The position numbers and the translations under genes were made by a program. A stretch of 37,418 bases of DNA from a virus (taxonomy: Duplodnaviria > Caudoviricetes), in the IMG/VR virus record IMGVR_UViG_3300031519_000079, positions 1 to 37,418 of that record; one strand, 5' to 3'. Below the pieces are notes generated by a model. That model had not been told where the DNA came from. It ran no database searches and was given only the letters and a program-made list of their open reading frames with translations. Below are positions 36,536-37,418 of the stretch, one piece after another. Position 1 is the stretch's first letter. Every line of letters starts with the position of its first letter.

Positions 36536-36869
36536 CTTTTAATCTTACAATGTCCTCTTCATTACATTGAGATCCTAACTGAACCTCTATAATAGTTATG
36601 CCATACTCACCACCCTTTAAACGGTGCTGCTCTCCTCTCAGAATAGTGTAATGACTATGTGCGGATGCATAGTACACGTTCTCTCCGATAGTTACATAAC
36701 CATCCCCCTTTACTACCGTCCAATACTCTGCACGATGAAAATGGTATTGTAATGATAACTGTTGATCAGGATATACTACAAGTCTCTTAACTTTATACAG
36801 TTTAGTTTCTAGGAGATTCTCATAGTAACCCCATGGGCGCTCAAATTTTTCTGGGAAATTTTTTTCCAT
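36516..36869 (-). CDS. Mannose-6-phosphate isomerase type II C-terminal-like cupin
   Basis: RPWG.Y, KVKRL.V.P.Q.LSLQYH.HR.E.W.VV.G, HRL and IEVQ.G....E.DIVR..DDY.R are the classic motifs of the ManC/AlgA C-terminal cupin. Confidence 0.88.
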   Translation of the reverse strand: MEKNFPEKFERPWGYYENLLETKLYKVKRLVVYPDQQLSLQYHFHRAEYWTVVKGDGYVTIGENVYYASAHSHYTILRGEQHRLKGGEYGITIIEVQLGSQCNEEDIVRLKDDYKRV

Positions 36870-37044
36870 CTCTGAACCTAATAGGACCTTTCTAAATCTC
36901 AGAATTTTTTTGAGATGAAGTATATTTAGTTCGCGTTTTGGGTTCGTTGTAGGTTAGGGTAGTTAGCGTTTTTATATACGCGCCCCGGCACGATATCATC
37001 AACCACGCGCTAACTGCTGTCTCTAAGTGTCAATGAGTGACACT
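36870..37044 (-). other. Structured non-coding element (candidate ncRNA, leader or replication origin)
   Basis: No evident gene between the consensus promoter and the cupin gene. Hairpin AGTGTCA/TGACACT (37026-37044), inverted repeat AGTTAGCG/CGCTAACT (36961-36968, 37008-37015) and a G/T-skewed tract at 36929-36970. Confidence 0.45.
36923..36930 (-). promoter_or_regulatory. T4-type late promoter candidate
   Basis: Intergenic ACTAAATA about 54 nt upstream of the cupin ATG. Confidence 0.55.
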
Positions 37045-37048
37045 GTGG

Positions 37049-37077
37049 ATTATAACACTTTTCTGAGAAACTGTCAA
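37049..37077 (-). promoter_or_regulatory. Perfect-consensus sigma70 promoter
   Basis: TTGACA (37077-37072), 17-nt spacer, TATAAT (37054-37049). Confidence 0.88.
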
Positions 37078-37104
37078 CCCCTCGTTAACACTCTGTCTCC
37101 GACC

Positions 37105-37293
37105 TTAGAGATATGCTGCTTCCCAGAGTTCCTCTACATTTTCTGACAAATCTTCCACAGTGACTGTCAAGTTCTCTCCGCCGCCAATATCAAAAACCTT
37201 CTCAAAGTCTATCTGATGAACATCAAAGTCCGCAAAGACTTCGAAGTCTAATGTCACACGAATCTGCTGCTTTTCTGCGTGGCTAGTGTTCAT
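37105..37293 (-). CDS. Small acidic early hypothetical protein (62 aa)
   Basis: ORF directly downstream of a consensus sigma70 promoter, with GAGGA in the leader. Confidence 0.75.
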   Translation of the reverse strand: MNTSHAEKQQIRVTLDFEVFADFDVHQIDFEKVFDIGGGENLTVTVEDLSENVEELWEAAYL

Positions 37294-37317
37294 CGGACTG
37301 GTGGTGGGTTCCTCTGT

Positions 37318-37346
37318 ATTATATAATAAATTTCTGAGACTGTCAA
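37318..37346 (-). promoter_or_regulatory. Perfect-consensus sigma70 promoter
   Basis: TTGACA (37346-37341), 17-nt spacer, TATAAT (37323-37318). Confidence 0.88.
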
Positions 37347-37385
37347 GTGGTTTGTGTGAGTCTCAGGAAAAAATCGGTGGTGTAG

Positions 37386-37414
37386 TTGACAAAACTCTCT
37401 CCTTATGATACGCT
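37386..37414 (+). promoter_or_regulatory. Divergent sigma70-type promoter firing out of the window
   Basis: TTGACA (37386-37391), 17-nt spacer, TACGCT (37409-37414) preceded by TGn (extended -10). Confidence 0.55.
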
Positions 37415-37418
37415 CGCT

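Noticed and set aside
37028-37033. Extra TTGACA on the minus strand inside the hairpin
   Set aside because: No -10 element at 16-18 nt spacing; better explained as part of the stem.
36870-37105. tRNA or CRISPR-like array in the non-coding junction
   Set aside because: No cloverleaf or T-loop consensus, and no regularly spaced direct repeats.

Overview
AT-rich segment of a T4-like myovirus genome, most similar in gene content and order to marine cyanomyoviruses (Kyanoviridae type). Essentially all genes are on the minus strand. In transcription order (right to left): a promoter-dense non-coding junction with consensus sigma70 promoters, including one divergent promoter; small genes (62-aa hypothetical, mannose-6-phosphate-isomerase-type cupin, 65-aa hypothetical, GT-A glycosyltransferase-like protein, 48-aa basic peptide, 225-aa hypothetical); then the late structural block gp25-gp6-gp7 (4077 aa)-gp8-VrlC/DUF4815 (2673 aa)-two small proteins-gp13-gp14-gp15-gp16. 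After gp16 comes a cluster of at least six genes where T4 would have gp17. T4-type late promoters (nnTAAATA) precede many genes. The most notable observations are: (i) a 565-aa mosaic of short Cys-containing basic modules separated by prohead-protease-like hydrophobic-X-E sites, next to a capsid-targeting-sequence protein that shares one of its domains; (ii) a promoter-driven, structured, strand-skewed ~175-nt non-coding element (origin or ncRNA candidate); (iii) an Arg/Gly/Ser-rich duplicated insert in VrlC; (iv) a split YHYH-like domain in gp7. Family assignments come from motif recognition and synteny; no database searches were run.
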